From: Macrostomum hystrix
Taxonomy: Eukaryota > Animalia > Platyhelminthes
Direction of reading: 5' to 3'
Length of the DNA: 64,000 nucleotides
NCBI GenBank assembly: GCA_950097015.1
Contig: CATNEN010000039.1
Span: 496,001 to 560,000 of the forward strand
Of this stretch, positions 1-13,105 are shown one piece after another. Both the position numbers and the translations under genes were made by a program. A model generated the notes under the pieces. It worked only from the letters and a program-made list of their open reading frames with translations. It made no database searches and had not been told where the DNA came from. Numbering within the stretch: position 1 is the stretch's first letter; every line of letters begins with the position of its first letter.

Positions 1-614
1 GTCGCGGGATGTTGTGAAATCTTGGTAGAAAGCGGGGAGCAGGGGCAAGACCCGAAACCAAATGGCAGCAGAAAGTGCCAAAAACACACAGACAGGCGCA
101 GCGGAAAAAACTGCCGGATCTGCTTTCGCCTGCAAAAATGGAAGGCTGGACTCAATAGCGGGCATCGACGTGAGCGACAGGCTGGGCGAGCACTGCGAAT
201 AACAGAGCTCCTGCCGCTTAAATATTTCCAGCTGGCTAGTAAAGCAGCAAAAGTATAAATAAAAGCCTTGCTGACATTAACTTACAACTGAAAAACTGGT
301 GGAAAGCATGCAGAAAAAACTGCTTGGGAAAACAGCGTGGGAACAATGAGACTGTGACCGACGTTAAGACGTAAGAATGTACAACATGAAGGTGAAGCGA
401 ACCACCAAATCCGGCTGACAATTGAAGTACTTAAACAGCCGTCTCGGCGTTAACAATGACAGAGGAAAGGGAAAGGGGCTAAAGACAATATTTGAAAGTT
501 GTCTCTAAAATCTATGCCATGGCAGTCAGCGCATTTTGTCAGCTGGTCGGACAATTGAACTTAAGTAAGTGATTCTATAAGGAAACAGAGGATTATGGGG
601 TTCGAATCTGGCAT

Positions 615-3600
615 TCAGTTGGCCCGCGTGTTCAGCCGTCCGAAGCCGGTGGAACCAGCGGCTGCGAGAGCCTCTGCAGGGCTCTTGTGACTCATGAGGT
701 CTGCCATCATCTGCTCTAAATTGTCGCGACTGTCCTCATCAGCCAGTTGTTGCTGCTGCTGCTGCTTCTGCTGTGGCTGCGACAGGCTCGCTGGAGCAAT
801 TTCCAAGCCACGTATCATCTGCTTCACCGGCGTGAAGTCCGGCCAGCCACCCGCACCAGACCCGGCGCAAGCGGCTGCGCTTCCGCATGCGCCACCGGAG
901 AGGCGAGGGTCTGGCAGCTCGGAGGCGCGAAGGTGCTGTGGCGGCGACATGAACGAGCCCAGCAAAGCAGCGGTAGCTGCCGCCGAGGTGCTGACTAAGA
1001 GCGGCGGTTGCGGCTGTGTCGGCTGGGCCTGGAACGCGCCAGACAGTGAGGTGGGTGACAGCTCGCAGGCCAGGTCGCAGGAGGCGGATGGCACAGGCTG
1101 CAGCTGGTCGCGGGCAAGCTCTTGGAGGATCTCCTCGTGGGAGAGCGCGGGCTCGGTGGAGTAGGCGGTCTGGTAGGCCAGGCGGGCCACGAAGTCACTG
1201 CACAGCAGGACAGTGGCGCGCTGGTTGCGACCTCGGGTCTGGCACACGTAGGACACGGCGGAGATGAGCGAGGCCAGGGAGGGGTAGCCGTAGTTGGAGG
1301 GCCGCAGCGGCACCCCGAAGTAGCGCTCGTAGTCTGGCTCGAGCTGGCTGAAGGAAATGCGACCCTGGTTGGCCTGCAAGAGGGAGCTGAGATCGCGGGC
1401 GAACAGCACCAGCGGGCGCAGGGCAATGCGCTGCCGGCCTGGGCACAGAGGGTCGGTCGACACAGTCAGGATGTCCGAGAGCTCGCGTTGCACCCAATCC
1501 AAGTTCAGAGGAGTGCGATAGGCGCGCAGGAAGTCATCCTGGGCGGTTGGGATGAAATTTTTTTGAGCACTGTGAGCGATACCTGAGCTTTCGAAGCTCA
1601 CGTATATGGCTACGAGCTTACGAGTGGATTGCAGAGCAATGGAGGGAGCAGCAGGCTGGCAGAACTGACTATAACAAAGGCTTTGGAATGCAAAGGAATG
1701 GGAGGGAAATAAAGGAGGAATAGCTGAGAATGACTACACTGGCAGCAGAGGCAGCGAAGGAGCAGATAAAGTGCAGAAGAGAAGTTGGAGACAGAAAATA
1801 TGGGCCGCATCAATAATGAGAAAGATGTCGGAATAGTTATCTTTCTTCAGGATCATATAAATCAATACCACGGGATTTGAAAGGCTTTGTAGAGGAGGAA
1901 AAACCAAGGGAACGCAAATATGAATATTGAAAAAAGCGAGCACTCGAAAAGAAATTAAACAGTGGTTTACAATATTTCATCGAATCAATTAATAACCCCA
2001 GGGTCAATAAAGAAAGTTAAAAACGACTGCCAAAGCTGAGAAAAGACTGTACACGGACAGGGACAGAGGTCTCCTTGTTATGAGTGACAATGCCTTTCTT
2101 AGATTATGGACATAGTAGTTGTTGCCCACAGCAGGTCTCAGCCCACTCACAAGTGGCATGGAGCCCGTGGTGCAGTCCCTCAGCAACAGCAGGCACTTGT
2201 AAGCGCAGTTTTTAACGTCAGTTCGGTCAGCCAGGCGCACCCAGGCCTCGCCGCAGTCATCGTGCCACAGCTCAGCGACGGTGGGCATCTTGGCCACAAG
2301 CTGCGGCACCGAGTCGGCTCCCAAGTCCACTAGGGTCAGCGCGCTGCCGTACTGCCTGGCGTAGATGGGCAGGAAGTCGGCCACCCGTAAGCGCCGGTTT
2401 GGACAAGCCTCCAGCATGGCCAGCACATGACTGGCGCAGACCCGCAGGTGCTCGCGCCGTGTCAGGCAGATGAACTTCTCGCCGAGCTCGTCACGCATCT
2501 CAATCACGTGACTGACAGCCTCTAGCAGGTCGATCAGCTTCGTGAAGCCGAATTCCGAAACCCGGCATTGGCGAGCAAAATAGTGGTGGTAGCTTGGGAT
2601 AAACTTGCTGAACGGAATGCGGCAACGAGGTGCCTGGCGGAGCAAGTCCACAACCTGGGTGGGTGTGAGCAGAAGGTGCTGGCAGAGGTCAAGAAGAATC
2701 AGTCAGGAAGGGTCAGGCTGTGATGAATCAGTCAGGAAGGGTCGGGCTGTGATGAATCAGTCAGGAAGGGTCGGGCTGTGATGAATCAGTCAGGAAGGGT
2801 CAGGCTGTGATGAATCAGTCAGGAAGGGTCAGACTGTGATGAATCAGTCAGGAAGGGTCAGACTGTGATGAATCAGTCAGGAAGGGTCGGGCTGTGATGA
2901 ATCAGTCAGGAAGGGTCGGGCTGTGATGAATCAGTCCGGAAGGGTCAGACTGTGATGAATCAGTCAAAAAGGGTCAGGCTGGGAGTCAGGAAGGGTCAGA
3001 CTGTGATGAATCAGTCAGAAAGGGTCAGGCTGGGAGTCAGGAAGGGTCAGACTGTGATGAATCAGTCAGGAAGAATCAGGCTGTGATGAATCAGTCAGGA
3101 AGGGTCAGGCTGGGAGTCAGGAAGGGTCAGAATGTGATGAATCAGTCAGGAAGGGTCAGGCTGGGAGTCAGGAAGGGTCAGACTGTGATGAATCAGTCAG
3201 AAAGGGTCAGGCTGGGAGTCAGGAAGGGTCAGGCTGGGAGTCAGGAAGGGTCAGACTGTGATGAATCAGTCAGAAAGGGTCAGGCTGGGAGTCAGGAAGG
3301 GTCAGACTGTGATGAATCAGTCAGGAAGAATCAGGCTGTGATGAATCAGTCAGGAAGGGTCAGGCTGTGATGAATCAGTCAGGAAGGGTCAGACTGTGAT
3401 GAATCAGTCAGGAAGGGTCAGACTGTGATGAATCAGTCAGGAAGGGTCAGACTGTGATGAATCAGTCAGGAAGGGTCAGACTGTGATGAATCAGTCAGGA
3501 AGGGTCAGGCTGGAGTGCATCAGTCAGGAAGGGTCAGGCTGGGAGTCAGAAAGGATCAGGCTGGGAGTCAGGAAGGGTCAGGCTGGGGTGCGTTAGCGGT

Positions 3601-6600
3601 CAGACTGCGGCCTCACCTCTAACGCAAAGTGCGCAGTTCGCGCTCGCTCGGCCAAAGTCTGTGCGCGGGTCGGCAGGCCGAGCTGCAGGTCGGCAGAGCG
3701 CTCAGTGCTGCAGACATCGATGCTGCCCTCCGGCAGCTCCTCCAGCATATCCTCGAGGAAACAGACGCCATAGTCAGCGATATTGAACTGACGGCCGAAC
3801 AGACGGCTGACATAGTAGGGCAGCTCGGAGGCCAGACACTGCTTGGAGGGCGCGAACTTTAAGATCTTGCCAAGGTCTGAGGCGAACCGGCGCACCTGGC
3901 ATTATTTTTATGGCAGGGTCATAGTTCGACTGAGCCAATGAGTGTGAACGGTGTGAACGGGTAATTATGGGGGGAATCCAGGCGAATTATTGCATTTGGG
4001 TGAGCGGCTTTAATTCGAGCAGGGAAATACAAGCGTACTCTCAAAGGTAAATGAATATTTAGCATTGTCTGAATCAATTCGCTGCTTTACCTGCACTCGG
4101 TGCGTGAGGAAGATCATCCTGGCGGGCCCGGAGCCGATGACATGCACGCTCTGTGGCAGGGCGGCCAGCAGGTCCGCCAGCTTGGTGAAGCCGTAGTCCG
4201 CCACGCGGCACTGCCGCCCAAAGTGGTGGTGGTAGGCTGGGATGAACTTGGAGAGCAGCAGCCTGCAGCCGGGCTGCACCCGAACCAGGTCCACCACCTG
4301 GAGAGGAGTGGATGGCACGGCTCATAAGAAAGCTCCGTAATAATGCCCGCTATGCGGTTTCACCTACTGTCTGACACACCCTGCTGTCTGACACCCTACT
4401 GTCTGACACACCCTACTGTCTGACACACCCTACTGTCTGACACACTCTACTGTCTGACACACTCTACTGTCTGACACACCCTACTGTCTGACACACTCTA
4501 CTGTCTGACACACCCTACTGTCTGACACACTCTACTGTCTGACACACCCTGCTGTCTGCCACACTCTACTGTCTGACACACCCTACTGTCTGACACACCC
4601 TACTGTCTGACACACCCTACTGTCTGACACACCCTACTGTCTGACACCCTACTGTCTGACACACCCTACTGTCTGACACACCCTACTGTCTGACACACCC
4701 TACTGTCTGACACCCTACTGTCTGACACACCCTACTGTCTGACACACCCTACTGTCTGACACACCCTACTGTCTGACACACCCTACTGTCTGACACACCC
4801 TGCTGTCTGATACACTCTACTGTCTGACACACTCTACTGTCTGACACACCCTGCTGTCTGACACACTCTACTGTCTGACACACTCTACTGTCTGACACAC
4901 CCTCAGCAATCCCACACCGGAACCTTCGGTCCAGCATCGCTCACCTCACGAGAGAACTGCGACATCTGGTCGCTGAGCGGCGGCCCGACCTGCCCGCTGC
5001 GCTCCTCCCAGCAGATGTTCTTCACGCCGGCAGCGGACACGCAGATGCGCACTCCGGGCACTGCGGAAAGCAGGTGCTCCAGGTAAACGCCACCGCCTGC
5101 AGGTGGGTCATTTGTGACGGTAGGGCCACCGAACTCGGCCTGGTAGCAGGCGGGGAAGCTGCCTACAGGCAGGAAGCCATTATGCTGCTGCAAAAGCTTG
5201 TGTAACTGGTGCTTGAAGACTCTGAGTGACAGCAACACGCAGGGCAGCAGGCAGCAGTCCAGAGCCTGCACGTACTCAGGCGTGCCCTCGCGACAGTGGA
5301 TGCCGCACACCACGGGCTCCACATCAGCGGACAGTGCTTTGGAGGCCGCGTTCAGGATCACTACGCGGCCGCCGTTAGGGCCTTCCTTCACCTCGCAGAC
5401 GTCACGATGGCGGTAGAGCTCGGCTAGGGCCAGGGAGCGGTGGTAGCTGCGGAGAAAAGTGGGCATTCAACTACCAATGGGAAATTGAACTGCAGGGCAA
5501 GACCCCATGGAATCGGTGGTTGCTGCGGAGAAAGGTGGGCATTCAACTACCAATGGGAAATTGAACCGCAGGGCAAGACCCCATGGAATCGGTGGTTGCT
5601 GCGGAGAAAGGTGGGCATTCAACTACCAATGGGAAATTGAACCGCAGGGCAAGACCCCATGGAATCGGTGGTTGCTGCGGAGAAAGGTGGGCATTCAACT
5701 ACCAATGGGAAATTGAACCGCAGGGCAAGACCCCATGGAAGCAGCTCAATCCAAGCAAAGTCGACAATATCCGAGAAGGGAAAAGCAAGTCATTGGGCCT
5801 ACATATACAACAATTTATTTAAGCGCTAGCAGTTTTTTAGCTCAAATTTTTGGTTCCGAATTTGAGCTCGAACCCCGCAGAAAAGCCCAGACAATTTCCA
5901 GCCAATGGAGGAATGGTAAGAGAAAAATAGCCATCATGCCCACCGTCTCTCATAGAGTTCTAGGAATTTGGTCACTGCCAGTTGCTTGCCGCTGACGCCC
6001 TTCAGAAGGCCCACGATATCAAGCTTGATGCGGTTTTGCGCCTGCGTTGCTGTGCAGCCTCCGGCCCCGCCAGCACCCAGCAACTGCACCTGGTGAAATG
6101 AAAAAGAATAGGTAAGATTTTATTAATAGCAAACAAGAATGCGAGCGTAGATTTTGAGACAATCACTTTACACATTTGGCGGTCGGCCGGAGGGAGAAAG
6201 GCAGCGAGCCCAGCGCGCAAAAAAATCCTTCCGCTCTAGAAAGGGCAACGAAAGATGAGCAAATCTTTCTGATCTATCTGAGCAGATTAAATAACAGCGA
6301 TTCGAAGAACGAGGACACGCGAGTTGTTCTACTTAGTGTGGGCTAAAACTAACAAAACAATTGAAAAAATTAAAAACGCAAGCCAGACGAAGCGAGAGCG
6401 GATACGCGAGTCCGGCCAGAGCGGATAGGCGCTGGCACCAACCCGCGGCAGAGACCACAATGCAGCAACCCCCGCCAAAATGTGCACCTAGGCGAGTGAA
6501 CGAGTGCGTGAATAGGCGAGTGAACGAGTGCGTGAATAGGCGAGTGAAAGAATGAGTGAAAAGGTCTCAGCACAAGATGCGGCAAAGCAAACTGGGTTAG

Positions 6601-9600
6601 CGATGAGCACAGGATTGGTGTGGCTGAGCACACTGAGGCTAAGCACAGGATAGGTGTGGCTGAGCACACTGAGGCTAAGCACAGGATAGGCGTGGCTGAG
6701 CACACTGAGGCTAAGCACAGGATAGGTGTGGCTGAGCACACTGAGGCTAAGCACAGGATAGGCGTGGCTGAGCACACTGAGGCTAAGCACAGGATAGGTG
6801 TGGCTGAGCACACTGAGGCTAAGCACAGGATAGGCGTGGCTGAGCACACTGAGGCTAAGCACAGGATAGGTGTGGCTGAGCACACTGAGGCTAAGCACAG
6901 GATAGGCGTGGCTGAGCACACTGAGGCTAAGCACAGGATAGGTGTGGCTGAGCACACTGAGGCTAAGCACAGGATAGGCGTGGCTGAGCACACTGAGGCT
7001 AAGCACAGGATAGGCGTGGCTGAGCACACTGAGGCTAAGCACAGGATAGGTGTGGCTGAGCACACTGAGGCTAAGCACAGGATAGGCGTGGCTGAGCACA
7101 CTGAGGCTAAGCACAGGATAGGTGTGGCTGAGCACACTGAGGCTAAGCACAGGATAGGCGTGGCTGAGCACACTGAGGCTAAGCACAGGATAGGTGTGAC
7201 TGAGCACAGGATATAGGTGTGACTGAGCACAGGATAGGTGTGACTGAGCACAGGATAGGTGTGACTGAGCACAGGACATAGGTGTGACTGAGCACATGAT
7301 AGGTGTGACTGAGCACAGGATAGGTGTGACTGAGCACAGGATAGGTGTGACTGAGCACAGGACATAGGTGTGACTGAGCACATGATAGGTGTGACTGAGC
7401 ACAGGATAGGTGTGGCAGAGCATGGATAGGTGCGGCTCAGCACAGAATAGGTGTGGTAGAGCATGGATAGGTGTGGCAGAGCATGGATAGGTGTGGCAGA
7501 GCATGGATAGGTGTGGCAGAGCATGGATAGGTGTGGCAGAGCATGGATAGGTGTGGCAGAGCATGGATAGGTGTGGTAGAGCATGGATAGGTGTGGCAGA
7601 GCATGGATAGGTGTGGTAGAGCATGGATAGGTGTAGCAGTGCACAGGATAGGTGGCGCGCACATGAAAGGGGTGGCTGAGCACAAGATTTGGCTGAGAAC
7701 CCAGGTGCTCACCTGGATCCGCTTGTAGCCGATCTTCTTGCGGTGGAACTGGGACACCGCCAGCCGCGCGTCTTCAAGGGAGCGCAGCTTGACCACGGCG
7801 GCCACAGAGTCGTCCGCCAGGCTGTGCATGGCGACGTCCAACACGGGCAGGGAGGCCCCTATCTGCGTCTCCAGGATCTTCTTCCACTCCTTGGGCGCGA
7901 TATTGTAGTCCAGGTTCGTCACCTGTGAAGAGCGATGAGAAAGACGGGCCGATCAAGCTCTTTTATTGGCTAAAAGGTTTTTGAGCTGCCCACTTACTGA
8001 TCCCGATCAGTGACACATCCTTCCTACCTAAACTACACATCCCACTCAAGCTACACATCCCACTCAAGCTACACATCCCACTCAAGCTAAAAATTCCACT
8101 CAAGCTACACAATGCACTCAAGCTACACATTCTACTCAAGCTACACATTCTACTCAAGCTACACATTCCACTCAAGCTACACATTCCACTCAAGCTACAC
8201 ATCCTACTCAAGCTACACATCCTACTCAAGCTACACATCCTACTCAAGCTACACATCCCACTCAAGCTACACATTCCACTCATGCTACACATCCCACTCA
8301 AGCTAAAAATTCCACTCAAGCTACACAGTCCACTCAAGCTACACATTCCACTCAAGCTACACATCCTACTCAAGCTACACATCCTACTCAAGCTACACAT
8401 CCTACTCAAGCTACACATTCCACTCAAGCTACACATTCCACTCAAGCTACACATTCTACTCAAGCTACACATTCCACTCAAGCTACACATTCCACTCAAG
8501 CTACACAGTCCACTCAAGCTACACATTCCACTCAAGCTACACATCCCACTCAAGCTAAAAATTCCACTCAAGCTACACATCCCACTTAAGCTACACATCC
8601 AACACTCCTGTTATTTGCCTAAACATGCCTCACTTAATCGAATTAAAGTTTCAAATGAGCCCAGCTTCAAGCAGGTCTCACCTGAATTTCCACGCTGTCC
8701 ACAGCCGCAGCGGTACTGGCGGCTATAGAAGCCGAATTTGAGGCGGCGGCATCTTGAAGAGAAGCTTGGCCAGGCGGCGACTCTTCGGCCGAGCCAGCTG
8801 ACTGCTGGCGGTAGTGTTGATGGTGCTGCAGCTGCGAATCTGCGAAAGTGCCACTGTTGCTTCGGTTGCGGCTGTGCGGGTGCTGCTGGTTGTAGAAGTT
8901 CCTGCGCGGAGTGTAAGGCTGTCCAGAGCGGAAGGCCTCCTTGGAGGACGTAAAGCTGTATCGACGCTGTTGCTGCTGCTGCTGCTGTTGTTGTTGCAGT
9001 TGGTGCTGAGGAGTCGGGTTCTGCTGGCCGTGTGACTCGTTGTAAGAGGAGGGCCGCTTCATGAATACGGAGCTTAAGTTTCGGCGCAGCTGCACCTGTA
9101 CGGAGTCGGCAGACTAGGTAGGCTATGAGTTGGGCAGCGGGCTAGGGAATCAGTTGGGGCAGCGGGCTGGGGAATCAGTTGGGGCAGCGGGCTGGGAATC
9201 AGTTGGGGCAGCGGGCTGGGGAATCAGTTGGGGCAGCGGGCTAGGGAATCAGTTGGGGCAGTGGGCTGGGGAATCAGTTGGGGCAGCGGGCTGTGGAATC
9301 AGTTGGGTCAGCGGGCTGGGGGATCAGTTGGGGCAGCGGGCTAGGGAATCAGTTGGGGCAGCGGGCTGGGGAATCAGTTGGGTCAGCGGGCTGGGGAATC
9401 AGTTGGGTCAGCGGGCTGGGGAATCAGTGGGGGCAGCGGGCTGGGGGACAGAGCCTCGTCTCACTTGCATTATCCCGGACACTCGGAGGAGCCTGACAAG
9501 AATCTGCACTAACCTCACTTTCCCGGTCCTCGTCCAGCTGCGTGTCAGGGCCACTCCTGTGCAGCGGGCTGCCGGTGCCCAGATTTACGGTGGGCGAGCT

Positions 9601-9753
9601 GGCATCGTGGGCCAAGAAGGCCTGCTGCTGCTGCGGCACGCAGCCATCCACGGCGTGTCCCTGCTGACTGCCGAAAGAGCGCCCGCTGCCATTCCTGCTG
9701 GCGTTGTTGCCTCCGCCGCAGGCCTGTGATACCTGACAATTGTCGCTCTGCAT
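615..9753 (-). CDS. MARF1: MARF1/limkain-b1-like RNA-binding protein (one RRM + multiple LOTUS/OST-HTH domains), 9 exons, ~1141 aa
   Basis: Exons with GT/AG ends and matching phases: 9753-9514, 9095-8682, 7922-7713, 6089-5944, 5446-4945, 4297-4091, 3895-3617, 2654-2151, 1538-615 (3426 nt). RRM 'VEIQVTNLDY..KEWKK..FHRKKIGYKRIQV' resembles MARF1 RRM2. LOTUS motifs 'KFIPAYHHHFGRQCRVADYGFTKLADLL' and 'KFIPSYHHYFARQCRVSEFGFTKLIDLL'. First exon and start are less certain. Confidence 0.88.
2696..3586. repeat. Intronic minisatellite, 29-bp unit (gaatcagtcaggaagggtcaggctgtgat) with interspersed shorter variant
   Basis: Fills MARF1 intron 2655-3616. Confidence 0.95.
4363..4902. repeat. Intronic minisatellite, 17-bp unit (ctactgtctgacacacc)
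   Basis: Fills MARF1 intron 4298-4944. Confidence 0.95.
5441..5740. repeat. 76-bp tandem repeat, ~4 copies, overlapping a MARF1 splice acceptor
   Basis: Identical ORF starts 76 bp apart (5507, 5583). The first copy spans the exon junction at 5446/5447. Confidence 0.9.
6605..7635. repeat. Compound intronic minisatellite: a 36-bp array grading into two ~20-bp arrays
   Basis: MARF1 intron 6090-7712. Units gtggctgagcacactgaggctaagcacaggatagg, gtgtgactgagcacaggatag, gtgtggcagagcatggatag. Confidence 0.95.
8032..8600. repeat. Intronic minisatellite, 18-bp unit (ctacacattccactcaag)
   Basis: MARF1 intron 7923-8681. Confidence 0.95.
9128..9447. repeat. Intronic minisatellite, 25-bp unit (gaatcagttggggcagcgggctggg)
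   Basis: MARF1 intron 9096-9513. Confidence 0.9.
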
Positions 9754-10266
9754 TCTGAATGAGCTCAGACAAGATAGTAGGTCGTTCTCTTGTACAATGA
9801 ATTTCGACCGTAAGGTTGCGCTTGGCGGCGGGTCAGTCCTCATATGCTTATCAGAATCGGGGCAGGGGCTTGGGGCTAATTCAGCTGGCGGCGGTGTCTT
9901 TTGATTTCGTCTTGCGGCCCACCCTCCCCACTCCGATTGGCTGCCGAGAGGTCAGGATTTGGGGAGGGGGTGGGTGCGAGCGTGAGAAAGTGGGCCCCAG
10001 CACAGGCGGGGGGTCGTCGGTGCGGCTGCACTTCCACGGCACAAGCCGTGTGACCGGTGTGAGTAAACAAATGCGCGGCGGTCTTTCAGTCTGGCAGGCG
10101 GAGCGGCACAATGGGGAATGAGCAAAACTGAATTCTGCTGGGCAATTCAGCCATATTTTGCGTGCCCTATTCAGTGTAACTGTTTAAAATTTAACAAACT
10201 TTTTTTAATTTTATAAGTCAGGATTGGTATTTACGCTCGTATCTTGGAGAGAATGATTTTTCTGAG

Positions 10267-10898
10267 CTGCTCCCCAACTGCATTCCCCTGCTCCCCAACT
10301 GCATTCCCCTGCTCCCCAACTGCATTCCCCTGCTCCTCAACTGCATTCCCCTGCTCCTCAACTGCATTCCCCTGCTGCCCAACTGCATTCCCCTGCTCCC
10401 CAACTCATTCCCCTGCTCCTCAACTGCACTCCCCTGCTCCCCAACTGCATTCCCCTGCTCCTCAACTGCATTCCCCTGCTGCCCAACTGCATTCCCCTGC
10501 TCCCCAACTGCATTCCCCTGCTCCCCAACTGCATTCCCCTGCTGCCCAACTGCATTCCCCTGCTCCCCAACTCATTCCCCTGCTCCTCAACTGCACTCCC
10601 CTGCTCCCCAACTGCATTCCCCTGCTCCTCAACTGCATTCCCCTGCTCCCCAACTGCATTCCCCTGCTCCTCAACTGCACTCCCCTGCTCCCCAACTGCA
10701 TTCCCCTGCTCCCCAACTGCATTCCCCTGCTCCTCAACTGCATTCCCCTGCTCCCCAACTGCATTCCCCTGCTCCTCAACTGCACTCCCCTGCTCCCCAA
10801 CTGCATTCCCCTGCTCCCCAACTGCATTCCCCTGCTCCCCAACTGCATTCCCCTGCTCCCCAAATGCATTCCCCTGCTCCCCAAATCATTCCCCTGCT
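10267..10898. repeat. Minisatellite, 21-bp unit (ctgctccccaactgcattccc)
   Basis: Lies between CCZ1 and MARF1. Confidence 0.95.
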
Positions 10899-11360
10899 TC
10901 CCATTATATTTCTAATGTATCTGTAATAAGGGAAGGAAAAATCCGCTGGATGTCTCACACCATCCAGCGACTGATTTGAAACAATCCACTAACGAATATT
11001 TAAGAATTAAAATAGCAGTTTATTGCACGTTGGCCGTGACCAATTTGGCAAACTCAACAAGAAGCATCATAAAATATCGCTAATCTGTGTACACATAGAG
11101 CAATTAATTTCTGCGGAATGCCACATGGGTCATTGGGATATAAAAACCACAAATCCAGCAAGTCCGAGTAGGAAATCCGAGTACAATAAAAACGCATCAG
11201 GGCTACAATGAGTCACTCAGGACTCACTGGAGCTAGTTGAGGCTACCCGAGCTTTACTTGATTAATATGAGCCACGCATTTTATTAAGTTCATTAAGATT
11301 TATTAAGCGCAAGACAAATCTGCGAGGTGTGAGCTGAGCCAGGGTCCGCGCGCTGCACGG

Positions 11361-13105
11361 TCACTCAATGAAGAGGATGCTGTGGAACTGGACGCGGCAC
11401 AAGCGGGACACCTCTTCAGTGACCAAGATGAGGTTGGCTGGCCGAAACTGCGTCACCAGCGCGAAGAAGTCGCGCTTGTCGAACTTCTTAGCCACAAGCC
11501 AGGAGTCGCCGGCGGTCTTGGCCACGGTCTCAGTGTCGACCAGATCACCGTGGCGAAGGTGGTCGGCGTGCACGTCGGCGCAGAGGCGCATGAGGTCCTT
11601 TTTGACAGCCAGGACGCCCGGTCGCTTTGAGCCGTCCGGCTGCACGAACACGGTACTCTTCTGCGCCGAGTTCATGTGGTTAAAGTACAGGAAGCGGATG
11701 TGGCTGTCGCTGCCGCCGCCGGAACCGGAGCCGGCAGAAGAGGCGCCAGTCTCGAGGAGCTGCTGGCTGCAGGCCTGTACGGTATCGCTGGTGCGCCGCA
11801 TGAGGGGCTGAAGTAGGCGGTCCAGCGCCAGGTACTGCTCGTAGGTCACGGGGTCGCCGGCATCAACGAACAGGCAGAGGCTGCTGCGGCCGGACCGGTA
11901 CACCAGCATGTGGCACTCGGCCAGCGAGCTGCCATCCGACCCCGTCAGGAAGAGGCGCGGCACCGAGCCCAGCTGGCTCGGGTCGTCGAGGTTGGGCGGC
12001 CCCGTGATGAAGCTGTGGAAAATGGTTGCAAGGCAGATGCCAGAACTTGGAGGGGTGCAAACCAATTGAAGGGGAATGGCCACTTCAACTACATTATGTT
12101 AAGGAGGTTAAGGCCAACTTCAGTGCTCAGTAAAGTGCATCTAAGCTTCTGGCAGAGTGGCCGAGGACTCACCGACCGAAGGCGCCGGCGCTTCCAATGG
12201 CTCTGTCCAGGTTGCGCAGGTCGTCCTCTGCGTGCCTGGGGAACAGGCTGTGCACCAGGTAGGCGTAAACGCAACGCGTGTCAGCGGGGTGAAGGGAGGT
12301 CCACACCAGCTGGTCGCTATGCAGGTAGGAGGCAAACCGGACGCGGGGGAATGCGGCCTGCACCCGCTGGACCACGCAGTGCACCTGCAGGAAGGCCCGC
12401 TTGCTGAGCGGTAGAAATGTGACACCGCGGTACACCTCAAGCAGCGTGGTCTGGTAGATAGAAAAGCACGAGTGGCTGGGGTCCGCCAGGTACCTGCAAT
12501 TAGGAGAATCTGTAATTAAGCTGATGAATGCCAGCTCCGATTGCATAATCTAGGCAGAATCCTGAGACGCCGAGTAAACCCGCTTAGCGCCCTGCTGGCA
12601 ACAGACGCACTGAGACGCACCTGCTGAAAAAGTGGTTGCACTTCTGTCGCAGAATTTCCACGTTGCCCCGCTCCAGAGTCAAAGCGATTGAGCCCTTGAA
12701 TAAACGGTACATAAGGTAGGCCTGACGCAGCAGCTCCTGACAGACCACGTCCTGCACGTTCTCAGCCAGATACTCGGCGTCCTCCTTCGCTTCTGCAGGT
12801 GCCTGCTGCTGCTGCTGCAGTGGGATCTTGGGCACGGAGAAGCGCATGACAAACCAGTACCCGGGCTCGGGCTCCAGGAACACCTGGCGGTACTTAAGTG
12901 TCGTCAGGCAGCGGACGGGCTGGTCGCTGAAGTCGGCGGTGAAGCGGACCACCGCTTCGGCCAGGCCCACCAACTTTACCTGCGTGTTCAGCTCCGTGCT
13001 GACAGGGTAAAAGTACACAATCTTCTGCGCCTCCTCGCCCTCCCGGGTGCAGAGACCGGGGCTGAAGATGAAGAACTGTTCGCACTGGGCATCGCTGTCT
13101 TCCAT
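11361..13105 (-). CDS. CCZ1: Vacuolar fusion protein CCZ1 (Mon1-Ccz1 Rab7 GEF subunit, longin domains), 3 exons, 485 aa
   Basis: Exons 13105-12621, 12493-12173, 12012-11361 (1458 nt, two phase-2 introns). Motifs 'FFIFSPGL..REGEE.QKIVYFYP', 'VGLAEAVVRFT', 'GRFITGP', 'FLYFNHMN.AQKST'. AATAAA on the minus strand at ~11280 and ~11300. Confidence 0.92.

Noticed and set aside
694-1586. Plus-strand ORFs antisense to the MARF1 last exon (and similar ones opposite CCZ1, RBBP5 and WASHC4)
   Set aside because: Shadow ORFs expected from GC-rich codon usage on the coding strand.
6370-8728. Cys/His-rich repeat ORFs (437, 378, 198, 211 aa)
   Set aside because: Translations of intronic minisatellites within MARF1.
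9465-9470. Alternative MARF1 donor at 9464 (GTGAG)
   Set aside because: Phase 1 in the upstream ORF frame, incompatible with the phase-0 acceptor at 9095. The donor at 9513 (GTTAGT) fits.
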